A stretch of 45,473 nucleotides of DNA from an uncultured Verrucomicrobiota bacterium (GCA_946646575.1 CAMPCR010000003.1:1-45473), one strand, 5' to 3'. Shown: positions 8,256 to 16,989, numbered from the stretch's first letter. The notes: a model not told the origin generated them from the letters alone. Program-made: numbers and translations.

Positions 8256-9773
8256 ATGACGAAACCCACTGCCCGCAAGCGACCGCACTGTCAGTCACCG
8301 TTGCCAAACGAAAACAATCAACAACAAGCTTTATCATCCTTAAATCGCGAACGAAAACGCCTGCGTGCCATTTTCCATCTGTTGCACGAAGCCGTTCTGT
8401 TGGTTGACAACAAAGGAAGTATTTTATTTTACAACCATTCCGCTCAACAACTGCTGGCGTTGCCGGGAAAAGCCAAACATATACCGCACCTGTGGCACTG
8501 GATACCGACACTGAAAAGCTTTTTTACTCAACCCGATCCGAATTCCCACCCGGATATATTGGCAACGGAGACCGAACTGATCTATCCCGAAAAACGCTTT
8601 GTTCGATTGCAACTGCAACCGTTTTCGGAAGCCGATGAAAAAGCTCAATTCATCGTATTACTTCAGGATGTTACGCAGGAACGAACGCAATCCGAAGAAC
8701 AACTTTTTCAAGGGTGTCTTGATTCCGTTACGCAACTTGCTTCCGAACTGGCTCACGAACTCGGGAACCCGCTCAATGCCATCGGTATTCATCTGCAACT
8801 GGTTCAACGTACGCTGAAGGAACTTTTCTCGACAACCGATGTTGCCGCACACAGCGAAAAACCGACACATAAAACGACGAAAGCGGATGTAATATCGCCG
8901 GCAACGACACCCTCTGCCTCGGAAAATGCCGCAAAGGCTGTACCCTCAAGCTATCCCGTTTTACCCGTCTATCCCGTGCAAACCGCCAAAAAGGGAGCCG
9001 TTTCAACAGCGATACAACAACATACGACAACATCTGGAAATCCCGACACAGCCATCGTGCCAATCGCGACGACAGCCGTTGTTCCGATACCCGAAAAACA
9101 ACCGCCTTTTCAACGTTTTGCATCTTCTCAAACAGCTGAACCGTTACAAACGCTTTTACAATCGCTGTCTGTATGTCAATCGGAAGTTCAGCGCCTGGAT
9201 GCGCTGATACAACAATTTTTGAAATCCGTTCGCCCGCAATCGTTGGCATTGAAACGCGGCAATGTTCTTCAACCATTGAAAAGAGTTCTGGCGGTATTAA
9301 AACCGCAACTGGACGATGCGCACATTACGGTCGAACTCCATATCTCCAATCCTCTTTCTTCCGTTTTTATGGATGCCGATCGTCTGCATCAGGCATTCTT
9401 TAATGTATTGAAAAACGCACGCGAAGCCATCGGAACCAACGGGAAGATTATTATTTCATGCCATCAGGACGAACAGTATTTGATTCTTTCTTTTGCCGAT
9501 TCGGGAGGCGGATTTCCGGAAACGCAAACCATACAATTATTTTCACAATCACACACAACTCAAAAACCGAACGGTCACGGCATCGGCATGCTCATTGTGC
9601 AACGCATCATGCGCGAACACAACGGGTTCGTTGAAATCCAAACCAAAGCCCCCATCGGCTCCGTTGTTTCTTTAAAATTTCCGCTCCCAGAACCGATGAC
9701 GCGAAAGCTTGAGACACGACGGCGAAAAGCAGTGAAAAAAAAAGAAAAAGAAAATCATAAAAATTGCAAATAA
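8256..9773 (+). CDS. Cytoplasmic sensor histidine kinase (PAS-like + HisKA + HATPase_c) with a long low-complexity insert in the DHp domain
   Basis: First ATG is at 8256 (the track ORF starts at a TTG at 8226). H-box ELAHELGNPLNAI (His codon 8754-8756), N-box FFNVLKNAREA, G1 DSGGGF and G2 GHGIGM are present. There are no TM segments and no adjacent response regulator. Confidence 0.8.
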   Translation: MTKPTARKRPHCQSPLPNENNQQQALSSLNRERKRLRAIFHLLHEAVLLVDNKGSILFYNHSAQQLLALPGKAKHIPHLWHWIPTLKSFFTQPDPNSHPDILATETELIYPEKRFVRLQLQPFSEADEKAQFIVLLQDVTQERTQSEEQLFQGCLDSVTQLASELAHELGNPLNAIGIHLQLVQRTLKELFSTTDVAAHSEKPTHKTTKADVISPATTPSASENAAKAVPSSYPVLPVYPVQTAKKGAVSTAIQQHTTTSGNPDTAIVPIATTAVVPIPEKQPPFQRFASSQTAEPLQTLLQSLSVCQSEVQRLDALIQQFLKSVRPQSLALKRGNVLQPLKRVLAVLKPQLDDAHITVELHISNPLSSVFMDADRLHQAFFNVLKNAREAIGTNGKIIISCHQDEQYLILSFADSGGGFPETQTIQLFSQSHTTQKPNGHGIGMLIVQRIMREHNGFVEIQTKAPIGSVVSLKFPLPEPMTRKLETRRRKAVKKKEKENHKNCK

Positions 9774-9820
9774 GCAGGAAGTCATCTCCGCACGACGCCC
9801 ACCTGCTTTCCTTTTTTCGT
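9773..9820 (+). terminator. Possible terminator after the histidine kinase gene
   Basis: AGCAGG (9773-9778) pairs with CCTGCT (9802-9807) and is followed by TTCCTTTTTTCGTTT. The stem is only 6 bp and the loop is 23 nt. Confidence 0.35.
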
Positions 9821-9905
9821 TTCCGTATAATACCCGTTTAACACAAAATTCCCCTTGCTCTTTCACCTCCAAATCCCCTAAAATAGCAGAGGGTATATTT
9901 TGTCT

Positions 9906-10907
9906 ATGGCACAAACATCTCAGGTCTCTTTAAGCGAGCTCAACGAGCAGATTCAGGCAAAAACCACCTGGATTGAAGCGCTTCGCACGGAAATCGGCAA
10001 GGTCTACATCGGGAATAAACAGGTGGTGGACATGCTGCTGGTCGGATTGCTCGGGAACGGACACGTGTTGCTGGAAGGATTGCCGGGGTTGGCGAAAACG
10101 CTCGTCATCAAAACGTTCGGGCAAATCTTTCAACTGCAATTTCAACGCATCCAGTTCACGCCCGATTTGTTGCCGTCCGACATCATCGGAACCATCATCT
10201 ACAATCCAAACAAGGGAGAATTTACGACCAAGAAGGGACCGATTTTCACCAATTTGCTGCTGGCGGATGAAATCAATCGTGCACCGTCAAAAGTACAAGC
10301 CGCATTGCTGGAAGGCATGCAGGAGCGGCAGGTAACGCTGGGCGAAAACACCTATGCGCTCGAAAAGCCGTTTTTGGTGTTGGCAACGCAAAATCCGATC
10401 GAACAGGAAGGTACCTACACCTTGCCGGAAGCGCAGTTGGATCGTTTCATGATCAAGCTGAAAGTCACGTATTCTTCGTGGGAAGAGGAGCGGAAAATTT
10501 TGGAAATCAAGACCACCCTTCAAACAAAAGAAGAGGCAAAACCGTTGTTGTCGCCGAAAGAAATTTTCGAAAGCCGCGACTGCATCGATCAAATCTACGT
10601 GGACGGCAAGATTAAGGACTACATCGTGGATTTAGTCTACGCCACGCGCACGCCGGAACGTTATCATTTACCGATAAAGAGCATGTTGCGGTTCGGCGCA
10701 TCGCCGCGTGCCACGATTGCGCTGACGATTGGCGCAAAGGTGTGGGCGTTCCTTAATCGTCGCGGGTATGTCATCCCGCAGGACGTGAAGGCAATGGCGT
10801 TTCCGATTTTGACGCACCGCATCGGCTTGTCGTACGAAGCGGAAGCGGAGGAAACGACCGCCGAACAGATTATCGAGAAAATCCTTGAAACGGTTCCGGT
10901 TCCCTGA
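9906..10907 (+). CDS. MoxR-family AAA+ ATPase
   Basis: Walker A GLPGLAKT, Walker B/MoxR signature LLADEINRAPSKVQAALLEGMQERQVT, and a C-terminal lid domain. The stop TGA shares one nt with the next ATG (TGATG at 10905-10909). Confidence 0.9.
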   Translation: MAQTSQVSLSELNEQIQAKTTWIEALRTEIGKVYIGNKQVVDMLLVGLLGNGHVLLEGLPGLAKTLVIKTFGQIFQLQFQRIQFTPDLLPSDIIGTIIYNPNKGEFTTKKGPIFTNLLLADEINRAPSKVQAALLEGMQERQVTLGENTYALEKPFLVLATQNPIEQEGTYTLPEAQLDRFMIKLKVTYSSWEEERKILEIKTTLQTKEEAKPLLSPKEIFESRDCIDQIYVDGKIKDYIVDLVYATRTPERYHLPIKSMLRFGASPRATIALTIGAKVWAFLNRRGYVIPQDVKAMAFPILTHRIGLSYEAEAEETTAEQIIEKILETVPVP

Positions 10908-11803
10908 TGCTCGACGAAGCAAAAGTTCGCGCGGTTCTGCAAAAGGTTCGCGCCATTGAAGTTCGCACCCGCAAGGTGATGAACGAAGGTATTTCCGGCT
11001 CCTGGCGCAGCCACTTCAAGGGGCGCGGCATGAATTTCGAAGAACTGCGCGATTACACGCCGGGCGACGAAATTAGAACCATCGACTGGAATTCCACCGC
11101 CAAACTCAACCGTCCCGTCGTCAAGGTGTTCCGCGAAGATCGGGAGCTGGTTTTTATTCTGGTGCTGGACGTCAGCGCCTCCGACGAATGCGGTTCCGTC
11201 GATCAGTCAAAGCGGGAATTTGCGTCCGAAATCGCGAGCGTTCTGGCACTTTCGGCGTTAAAAAATAACGATAAGGTCGGGCTGTTTTTGTTTTCGGATC
11301 AAATCGAGAAATTCATTCAGCCGCAGAAGGGACAGGCGCAGCTGTTGGCGGTCATTCGCGAAGCCTTATTCTTCAAACCGCAACATACGCAAACCGATCT
11401 CGTCGGTTGTTTGAAATCGTTGCAGCAGATGCTGAAAAAGAAGGCGATCATCTGCTTTTTATCGGATTTTCTGCCGACGCGAACGGTTGACGCGAACGAA
11501 CTGCTCAAAACGCTCGGACATCTGTATCACCGCCACGATGTGATGTGCATCCGCATTACCGATCCGCGCGAAAAGGAATTGCCGAACGTGGGTTTTGTCG
11601 CCCTGACCGATGCCGAAACCGGCGAAACCGCCTATGTGGATACACATGCGGCTTCCGTTCGTAAAGCCTATACCGACGAACGCAACCGCTACTGGGAGAA
11701 TTTTCAAAACGCCTGCAAACATCACGGCGTCGGGGTACTGACTCTGACCAACGGACAGCCGTACATGCAACAGTTGCGGACGTTCTTTGTACAGCGCCGC
11801 TAG
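10907..11803 (+). CDS. DUF58 (VWA-fold) protein, canonical MoxR partner
   Basis: Signature F.ELRDYTPGDEIRTIDWNSTAKLNRPVVKVFREDREL followed by a VWA-like region (VLDVSASD). Confidence 0.9.
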   Translation: MLDEAKVRAVLQKVRAIEVRTRKVMNEGISGSWRSHFKGRGMNFEELRDYTPGDEIRTIDWNSTAKLNRPVVKVFREDRELVFILVLDVSASDECGSVDQSKREFASEIASVLALSALKNNDKVGLFLFSDQIEKFIQPQKGQAQLLAVIREALFFKPQHTQTDLVGCLKSLQQMLKKKAIICFLSDFLPTRTVDANELLKTLGHLYHRHDVMCIRITDPREKELPNVGFVALTDAETGETAYVDTHAASVRKAYTDERNRYWENFQNACKHHGVGVLTLTNGQPYMQQLRTFFVQRR

Positions 11804-11815
11804 AGGAACAAAGAA

Positions 11816-11947
11816 ATGGAAATGCACAAGGACACCTTTCGACAGCCGAATTTTTCGGCGGTTGCGGTTGCCGTTTGTGCGTCCCGAAGTCATGCACGTT
11901 TGTATCCGTTTTGCGTCATTGACGACGGAAAGGAGGCGGAATTGTAA
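11816..11947 (+). CDS. 43-aa gap-bridging ORF (hypothetical; may act only as a translational-coupling device)
   Basis: The ATG at 11816 is preceded by GAGGA 8 nt upstream. It reads MEMHKDTFRQPNFSAVAVAVCASRSHARLYPFCVIDDGKEAEL. The stop TAA (11945-11947) shares its last nt with the ATG of the next gene. Too short for the ORF track. Confidence 0.3.
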   Translation: MEMHKDTFRQPNFSAVAVAVCASRSHARLYPFCVIDDGKEAEL

Positions 11948-13257
11948 TGAGAAAACGGGAAAAGTGTTCTGATTTTTCACGTCGCCATTCATACATAAAA
12001 CACGCTTGGTGCGCCCTTCTTGCGGTTTCGTTGCTGACGGCGGACGGTGCCCTGCGCGCCGAAGAGGGTTCGAGATTACAAACGAACGTCCGCACCGCCT
12101 CCGACAGCTCCGCTTTGCCCGCAAATGTAATCGCAAGTTCGGCAAATACGTCCGTTTCTGCCTCGGCAAACGGCTCGGGTTCGTCCTTAACGGGCATGCC
12201 TCAGGGATCGGAGAGCAATGCTTCAAATACCGTCGGAACAAAAGCCGTTGTTTCCGGCACAACGTCCTCTGTCGAAACTTCCGCTTCAAATACGGCAAGT
12301 CCGTTTCAAACATCCGTCCTTCCGACAAAAACCGCTCCGACAGGCACTTCAAACGGCGTTCCTTCATCGATCTCTGCGACGGTTCCAAGCACAACGGGAA
12401 CATCGGGCGCAACGGCTTCGGGCGTAACGACCGTGCCCGCAACGAATTCGGGTGTGACAACCGCGACGGGCGTAACGGCTTCGTCGGCAACAGGTGCGAC
12501 CGTTTCGGCAAGTCCCGCAACGGGGACAACAACTTCCGCGACAAGCTCGGTTTCGACACCTCCGAACACCGTAAATTCCTCTCAAACATCACCCGCGCCG
12601 ACGAACATCCCCCTTGGTGTATCGGCGGGTTCGGACGCAAGCAGTGCATCTCCGACGCCTGAAGAGGAAGAACCGCAGGATCTCGGTGACATTCTCGATC
12701 TGCGTCCGCCGGCAAAATTAAAAGTTTCTCTGTTACCGTGGGTGATTGCGCTTTTGTTCGTTTTATCGGCGGTCGGACTGTGGTTTTTGCTGAAACGAAA
12801 GCGGCGCGGAAAAGCGAAAAAAGAAAAACCGACCAAGCCAATCGATCCGTACGAAGAAGTTTTGCTGGCGTTAAAAGAGGCTTCGAAAAAGCTGGATGTT
12901 ACCAATCCGAAACCCTTTGCGTTTTTCCTGACCGACGCGGTGCGTCTGTATTTATCCCGCATTTTTCGGCTTCCCGCGCCCGAAAGCACCACGCAGGAAC
13001 TGTTGCAACAACTGCCGTGGTGCGTGGAACTAACGGACGATTTGAGAACGAACATCACGCAATTTCTTCAACGGTGCGACCTGGTGAAATTCACGACCAT
13101 GCCGTTCGACGAACCTTTTTTGCTTCAACTGCACCAACAGGCGGAAGCGATTGTTGCCGCTTCGCACGAACTCACTAAATCCAAACCCGCGCCCGTCGCA
13201 TCCGCCGCACCGAATGTTGCGTCGTCGTCCAAACCTGAAAAAACGTCAAAAAAATGA
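11947..13257 (+). CDS. DUF4381-type Bat-operon membrane protein with a ~230-aa secreted Ser/Thr/Ala/Gly-rich N-terminal extension
   Basis: The C-terminal third matches the DUF4381 layout: LGDILDLRPP, one TM (LLPWVIALLFVLSAVGLWFLL), an RKRRGK stop-transfer and a helical domain ending CDLVKFT. The N-terminus has a signal-like segment (AWCALLAVSLLTADGALRA) and then low-complexity S/T repeats. Confidence 0.75.
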   Translation: MRKREKCSDFSRRHSYIKHAWCALLAVSLLTADGALRAEEGSRLQTNVRTASDSSALPANVIASSANTSVSASANGSGSSLTGMPQGSESNASNTVGTKAVVSGTTSSVETSASNTASPFQTSVLPTKTAPTGTSNGVPSSISATVPSTTGTSGATASGVTTVPATNSGVTTATGVTASSATGATVSASPATGTTTSATSSVSTPPNTVNSSQTSPAPTNIPLGVSAGSDASSASPTPEEEEPQDLGDILDLRPPAKLKVSLLPWVIALLFVLSAVGLWFLLKRKRRGKAKKEKPTKPIDPYEEVLLALKEASKKLDVTNPKPFAFFLTDAVRLYLSRIFRLPAPESTTQELLQQLPWCVELTDDLRTNITQFLQRCDLVKFTTMPFDEPFLLQLHQQAEAIVAASHELTKSKPAPVASAAPNVASSSKPEKTSKK

Positions 13258-13439
13258 ACCTTTATTTCAAATTTTGCGGGTTGAGAACGACGAAAACACT
13301 TTCGGGCGCGGGAAGGGCGGTGCTTTTTTTTAAAGCGCTTCGCCGGTTCATCAACGCAGGGAAACCGATCGAACGCTTCGCAACAAACCCGCAACCAAAC
13401 CTTAAACCCTCAACCGCGCTTTGCGCCGTTTCGCAATGA
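13254..13439 (+). CDS. 61-aa basic gap-bridging ORF (hypothetical)
   Basis: Its ATG overlaps the upstream stop as ATGA (13254-13257), and its stop overlaps the batA ATG as ATGA (13436-13439). Codons are genome-like (GCG, ACG, CCG, TCG, TTG). No homology recognised. Confidence 0.35.
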   Translation: MNLYFKFCGLRTTKTLSGAGRAVLFFKALRRFINAGKPIERFATNPQPNLKPSTALCAVSQ

Positions 13440-14386
13440 CCAACGTCAGTTTTTCGTTTCATTACCCGTGGGTGTTGCTCGGTTTATTGCTGTTGCCGCT
13501 GTGGTATATGACGGCGTTTCGCGTATGGCGCGCCAAACGTTTCATCACACATTCGTCCGTACAGCCGTTTCAAAAATTAAAAACCCAACCGCAACGTCTT
13601 CCGTTGCTGTTGCGGACGCTGGCGCTGGCGAGCATCATTACGGCATTGGCGCGCCCGCAAAGCGTTTATGAGGTTATTAACAACAATTCGAACGGTGTCG
13701 ACATGATGCTGGCGTTGGATTTGTCATCGTCCATGCTCATTCCAGATTTTACGGATGCCATGCGACGGCGTACCACGCGTATCGAAGCCGCCAAGAACGT
13801 GATGAAAGACTTTATTGAACAGCGCGGCAGCGACCGCATCGGCCTGGTTTCGTTTGCGCTTTATCCCTATCTTGTCAGCCCGCTGACCCTGAACCACGAA
13901 TGGCTGTTGCAGAATTTGAAACGGCTCAATGCCGGAACCATCGAAGACGGAACCGCCATCGGAAGCGCGGTCACCATGTGTCTGAACCGACTGAAGGAAT
14001 TGACCGCCAAAACGCGCCTTATCATTCTTTTGACGGACGGCGTCAACAACTCCGGAGACGTCACGCCGACGCTGGCGGCAACGATTGCCAAAAGTTTTCA
14101 GACGAAAATTTACGCCATCATGATCGGCAACGACCAGGTGTTCCCGACGGACGAGCAAACGCTGGCATCGATGGCGGAAACCACGGGCGGGCGTTTTTAT
14201 CGCGCGTACGACATGAAAAGCCTGCAGAGCGTTTATAAGGAAATCGACCAGTTGGAAAAAACGGAAGTCGAGACCGAGAGCACAAAAAACTACGGCGAGC
14301 TGTTTCTCTACTGTCTCTACGTCGCCGCCGCACTGCTGTTCCTTGAGTTTTACCTCAAAACCCGCCGTTATCGGATTGTCGCATGA
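13436..14386 (+). CDS. batA: BatA: VWA-domain membrane protein
   Basis: ATG at 13436 (MTNVSFSFHYPWVLLGLLLLPLWY). MIDAS motif LALDLSSSM, then LLTDGVNN, and a C-terminal TM (LFLYCLYVAAALLFLEFYL). Confidence 0.85.
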   Translation: MTNVSFSFHYPWVLLGLLLLPLWYMTAFRVWRAKRFITHSSVQPFQKLKTQPQRLPLLLRTLALASIITALARPQSVYEVINNNSNGVDMMLALDLSSSMLIPDFTDAMRRRTTRIEAAKNVMKDFIEQRGSDRIGLVSFALYPYLVSPLTLNHEWLLQNLKRLNAGTIEDGTAIGSAVTMCLNRLKELTAKTRLIILLTDGVNNSGDVTPTLAATIAKSFQTKIYAIMIGNDQVFPTDEQTLASMAETTGGRFYRAYDMKSLQSVYKEIDQLEKTEVETESTKNYGELFLYCLYVAAALLFLEFYLKTRRYRIVA

Positions 14387-14811
14387 TGTTTATGAAACAG
14401 ATTTTTATAAAGGTCGTTCTTATGCTCCGTTTCGAAGGGCTTGCGGGCTTCGGATATCGACGACAACGGCGAACATTGGGCGAAAGCGATATGTCCCCCG
14501 AGACAATGCGGACAAAAAGCGGTGTGCATTTCACCGTGAACTCCGTCGCGCGGAACGGTTCTTTCCGAAACGGTTTCAAATCCTTCGCCGAAACATTCTC
14601 CGGAAGGCATTGCCGTTCCGCAGGCATTCCAAAACAGCTTGTCGGTATCTCTGTCGGTGAAAAAGCAAATCCGCAAATGTCTTCTAAATTTTCGCTCTTT
14701 GTACAAAGCACGACGGCGCCATTCTCGCCCATGGGGTTCCCTTCCTGCCTTTTCCCATCGCCGCTTTCGGCATTGTTTGGAAACTTTTATCCCGTTTGGA
14801 GGAGCGCATGA
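14383..14811 (+). CDS. 142-aa gap-bridging ORF between batA and batB (hypothetical; strand not settled)
   Basis: ATGA overlap with the batA stop (14383-14386) and ATGA overlap with the batB start (14808-14811). No homology recognised. An antisense ORF (14355-14732) is also open and has at least as genome-like a codon pattern. Confidence 0.3.
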   Translation: MMFMKQIFIKVVLMLRFEGLAGFGYRRQRRTLGESDMSPETMRTKSGVHFTVNSVARNGSFRNGFKSFAETFSGRHCRSAGIPKQLVGISVGEKANPQMSSKFSLFVQSTTAPFSPMGFPSCLFPSPLSALFGNFYPVWRSA

Positions 14812-15824
14812 CCTTTGTTAATCTCAGTTTCGGGCTCATCCTCCTCATTACCTGCCTGGAGAGCCTTTTCACGCTTTGGCGGAGCCGTCGCAAACGCAAG
14901 AAGCTTCTGGCGCAATGGGGCAGTATCGTTCCGTACGAACCGACCCGCATCCAAAAATGGCGTGCGCGGTTAAGAACCCTCTGTTTGTGTATCGCCGCCG
15001 TTTGCTTCTGCATTGCCGCCGCCCGCCCGCAATGGGGCTTCAAAATGGAACGGCGACAACACGTCGGCGTGAACATTCTGTTCGCGATCGATACCTCCAA
15101 GAGCATGTTGGCAACCGACGTGCGCCCGAACCGCCTGGAGTTGGCAAAAATGAGCATTCTGGAACTGTTGAAGTCCATTCGCGGCGCACACGTCGGTCTG
15201 ATTGCCTTCGCCGGAACCGCCTTTTTGCAGTGTCCGTCCACCAACGACATCGGTGCGTTCAAAGCCGCCCTGAGCGTCCTGGACGTGAACACCATCAAGC
15301 GCGGCGGAACAAACCTGTCGGCGGCGATGGGTATGTCGCTGGAATTGTTTGACGATCAGGCAAACCACAAACAGATTATTCTCCTAACGGACGGCGAAAA
15401 TTTGGCGGGTGATGTTTTAAAAACCGCCAAAAAACTGGCGTCGCGCGGCATTGTCGTGCATACGGTCGGTATCGGAACCCCCAACGGCAGTACCATCAGC
15501 CTTCCGACCGGCAAAGGCGTCGGAGGCGGGTTTTTGAAGGATCCGAGCGGCAAGGTTGTTATTACGAAGCTGGACGAAAAGACGCTCAAATCTGTTGCCG
15601 AGATTACCAAAGGCTTTTATGCGCCGCTCGGGAATGCCGGCGACGGGTTGCAGGTGATTTACAATCTGGCACTCAAAAATTTGCCGAAGGAAAGCTTTGA
15701 AAGTCTTGAGAAAGTTCCGATTGAACGCTATGGTTGGTTTTTGGGCGCGGCACTGCTGTTTTTGGCACTGGAACCGTTGCTGTATTCGTGGAAACCGCTT
15801 AAAAAGAAAGGGAAACGCGCATGA
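14808..15824 (+). CDS. batB: BatB: VWA-domain membrane protein
   Basis: The ATG at 14808 is preceded by GGAGGA (14797-14802). N-terminal TMs, MIDAS FAIDTSKSM, LLTDGENL, and a C-terminal TM (WFLGAALLFLALEPLL). Confidence 0.85.
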   Translation: MTFVNLSFGLILLITCLESLFTLWRSRRKRKKLLAQWGSIVPYEPTRIQKWRARLRTLCLCIAAVCFCIAAARPQWGFKMERRQHVGVNILFAIDTSKSMLATDVRPNRLELAKMSILELLKSIRGAHVGLIAFAGTAFLQCPSTNDIGAFKAALSVLDVNTIKRGGTNLSAAMGMSLELFDDQANHKQIILLTDGENLAGDVLKTAKKLASRGIVVHTVGIGTPNGSTISLPTGKGVGGGFLKDPSGKVVITKLDEKTLKSVAEITKGFYAPLGNAGDGLQVIYNLALKNLPKESFESLEKVPIERYGWFLGAALLFLALEPLLYSWKPLKKKGKRA

Positions 15825-16987
15825 AACGTTTCTTTACGCGAAAATCACCGCGAAACACGGTTGCGTTGGTACGGGGACGCAACGCGGGAAGCCGTTGGCT
15901 TCGAACAATCTTACGACACGTATGCGCAACATTCGGGTATGTATCGAAAATTTCCTCCAAAAGCGGTTTAAAATCTTCGAAACACAGGGTTTTCGGCGGT
16001 TATTTCGGCGTTCAAATACCTTCGGAAACACACAAGGTGCAACGTTTGGCGACTTTTTCGCGACATATTACGACGTTATTCGGACGCGTTGAAATGCTCA
16101 CGTGCAAAAAAGTTTTCTTCTTGACCGCCTTATTGCTTTTTGTCGATTTTTCCTGCTTCCGAGCACTCGCGTCTCCCAAAAACGCCCCTAATCCTCCGCA
16201 AACGGTCAAAGCAACGAACAAAGGCGGTTCTTCGGGCAAAACTTCCGCGAAGGCTCCAACGAAAGGCGCAACGCCGCCACCCGATGCCGCCTCTCCGAAC
16301 ACTCCCGCTCCGAGTGCCGAACCGAAGGAAATCAAAAACCTGAAATCCTATTGCAAACATCATCCGAACGACTGGGAAGGCTTTTATAATCTCGGCATCG
16401 AACAATACAAATTAATGGATTACGCCGCCGCACAGCAATCGTTCGCGCAGGCGTTGCAGAACTGTTCCGATCCGAAGGAGCAGGAAAAAATTTTCTACAA
16501 CCTCGGCAACGCCGGCTTTCGTTTTTCGCAGTCGCAATCGGTCGACCAACAGGTGCTCGGTTTTAAGGAAAGTCTGCAAAATTACGAAAACGCGCTCGCC
16601 ATCGACAAAGAGGCAAAGGATACGCAACACAACATCGAGGTCGTAAAACGCTATTTGAAGCGGGCGGAGAAACAGCAACAGCAGGAGCAACAAAACAAGA
16701 AGAACAATAAAGACGACAACAAGAATTACACCGGCTTGGAGAAAGACAACGATTCGTCCGATGATAAAGATAAAGATAAAGATAAAGATAAAAACGATGA
16801 TAAAGACAAAGACGATAAGGACAACCAAAAGGATCAACAGGACGATTCGGGCGATAAAAACGTTGATTTGGAGCAAAAAGAGATGGATAATATCCTTAAT
16901 CGCGCAAAGAAAGTTGAAAAGATGTTGCCTCCGTCGTCTTTAAATCCGCAGTCGGGCGGCAAAGATCCCGTGATACGCGATTGGTAA
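15821..16987 (+). CDS. batC: BatC: TPR-repeat protein; the canonical part starts at 16094
   Basis: The ATG at 15821 overlaps the batB stop (ATGA). A 91-aa basic leader precedes a signal-like segment MLTCKKVFFLTALLLFVDFSCFRALA, whose ATG at 16094 is an alternative start. TPR region WEGFYNLGIEQYKLMDYAAAQQSF...YNLGNAGF. The C-terminal tail is rich in Q/K/D. Confidence 0.7.
   Translation: MKRFFTRKSPRNTVALVRGRNAGSRWLRTILRHVCATFGYVSKISSKSGLKSSKHRVFGGYFGVQIPSETHKVQRLATFSRHITTLFGRVEMLTCKKVFFLTALLLFVDFSCFRALASPKNAPNPPQTVKATNKGGSSGKTSAKAPTKGATPPPDAASPNTPAPSAEPKEIKNLKSYCKHHPNDWEGFYNLGIEQYKLMDYAAAQQSFAQALQNCSDPKEQEKIFYNLGNAGFRFSQSQSVDQQVLGFKESLQNYENALAIDKEAKDTQHNIEVVKRYLKRAEKQQQQEQQNKKNNKDDNKNYTGLEKDNDSSDDKDKDKDKDKNDDKDKDDKDNQKDQQDDSGDKNVDLEQKEMDNILNRAKKVEKMLPPSSLNPQSGGKDPVIRDW
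16763..16792 (+). repeat. (GATAAA)5 in-frame hexanucleotide repeat inside batC
   Basis: Five perfect GATAAA units encode DKDKDKDKDK, embedded in a wider D/K/N/Q low-complexity tail. Confidence 0.9.
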
Positions 16988-16989
16988 AT

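Noticed and set aside
11459-12841. 460-aa minus-strand ORF spanning the DUF58/DUF4381 region
   Set aside because: It is antisense to two recognisable genes. The product is an Arg/Pro/Ser/Leu-rich string without domains, so it is a shadow ORF.
14355-14732. Antisense 125-aa ORF in the batA-batB spacer as a stand-alone feature
   Set aside because: I did not call it a gene because it would be convergent inside a tightly coupled operon, would overlap the batA 3' end, and ends in a junk-like tail. Its codon pattern is good enough that I kept it as an open alternative in the findings.
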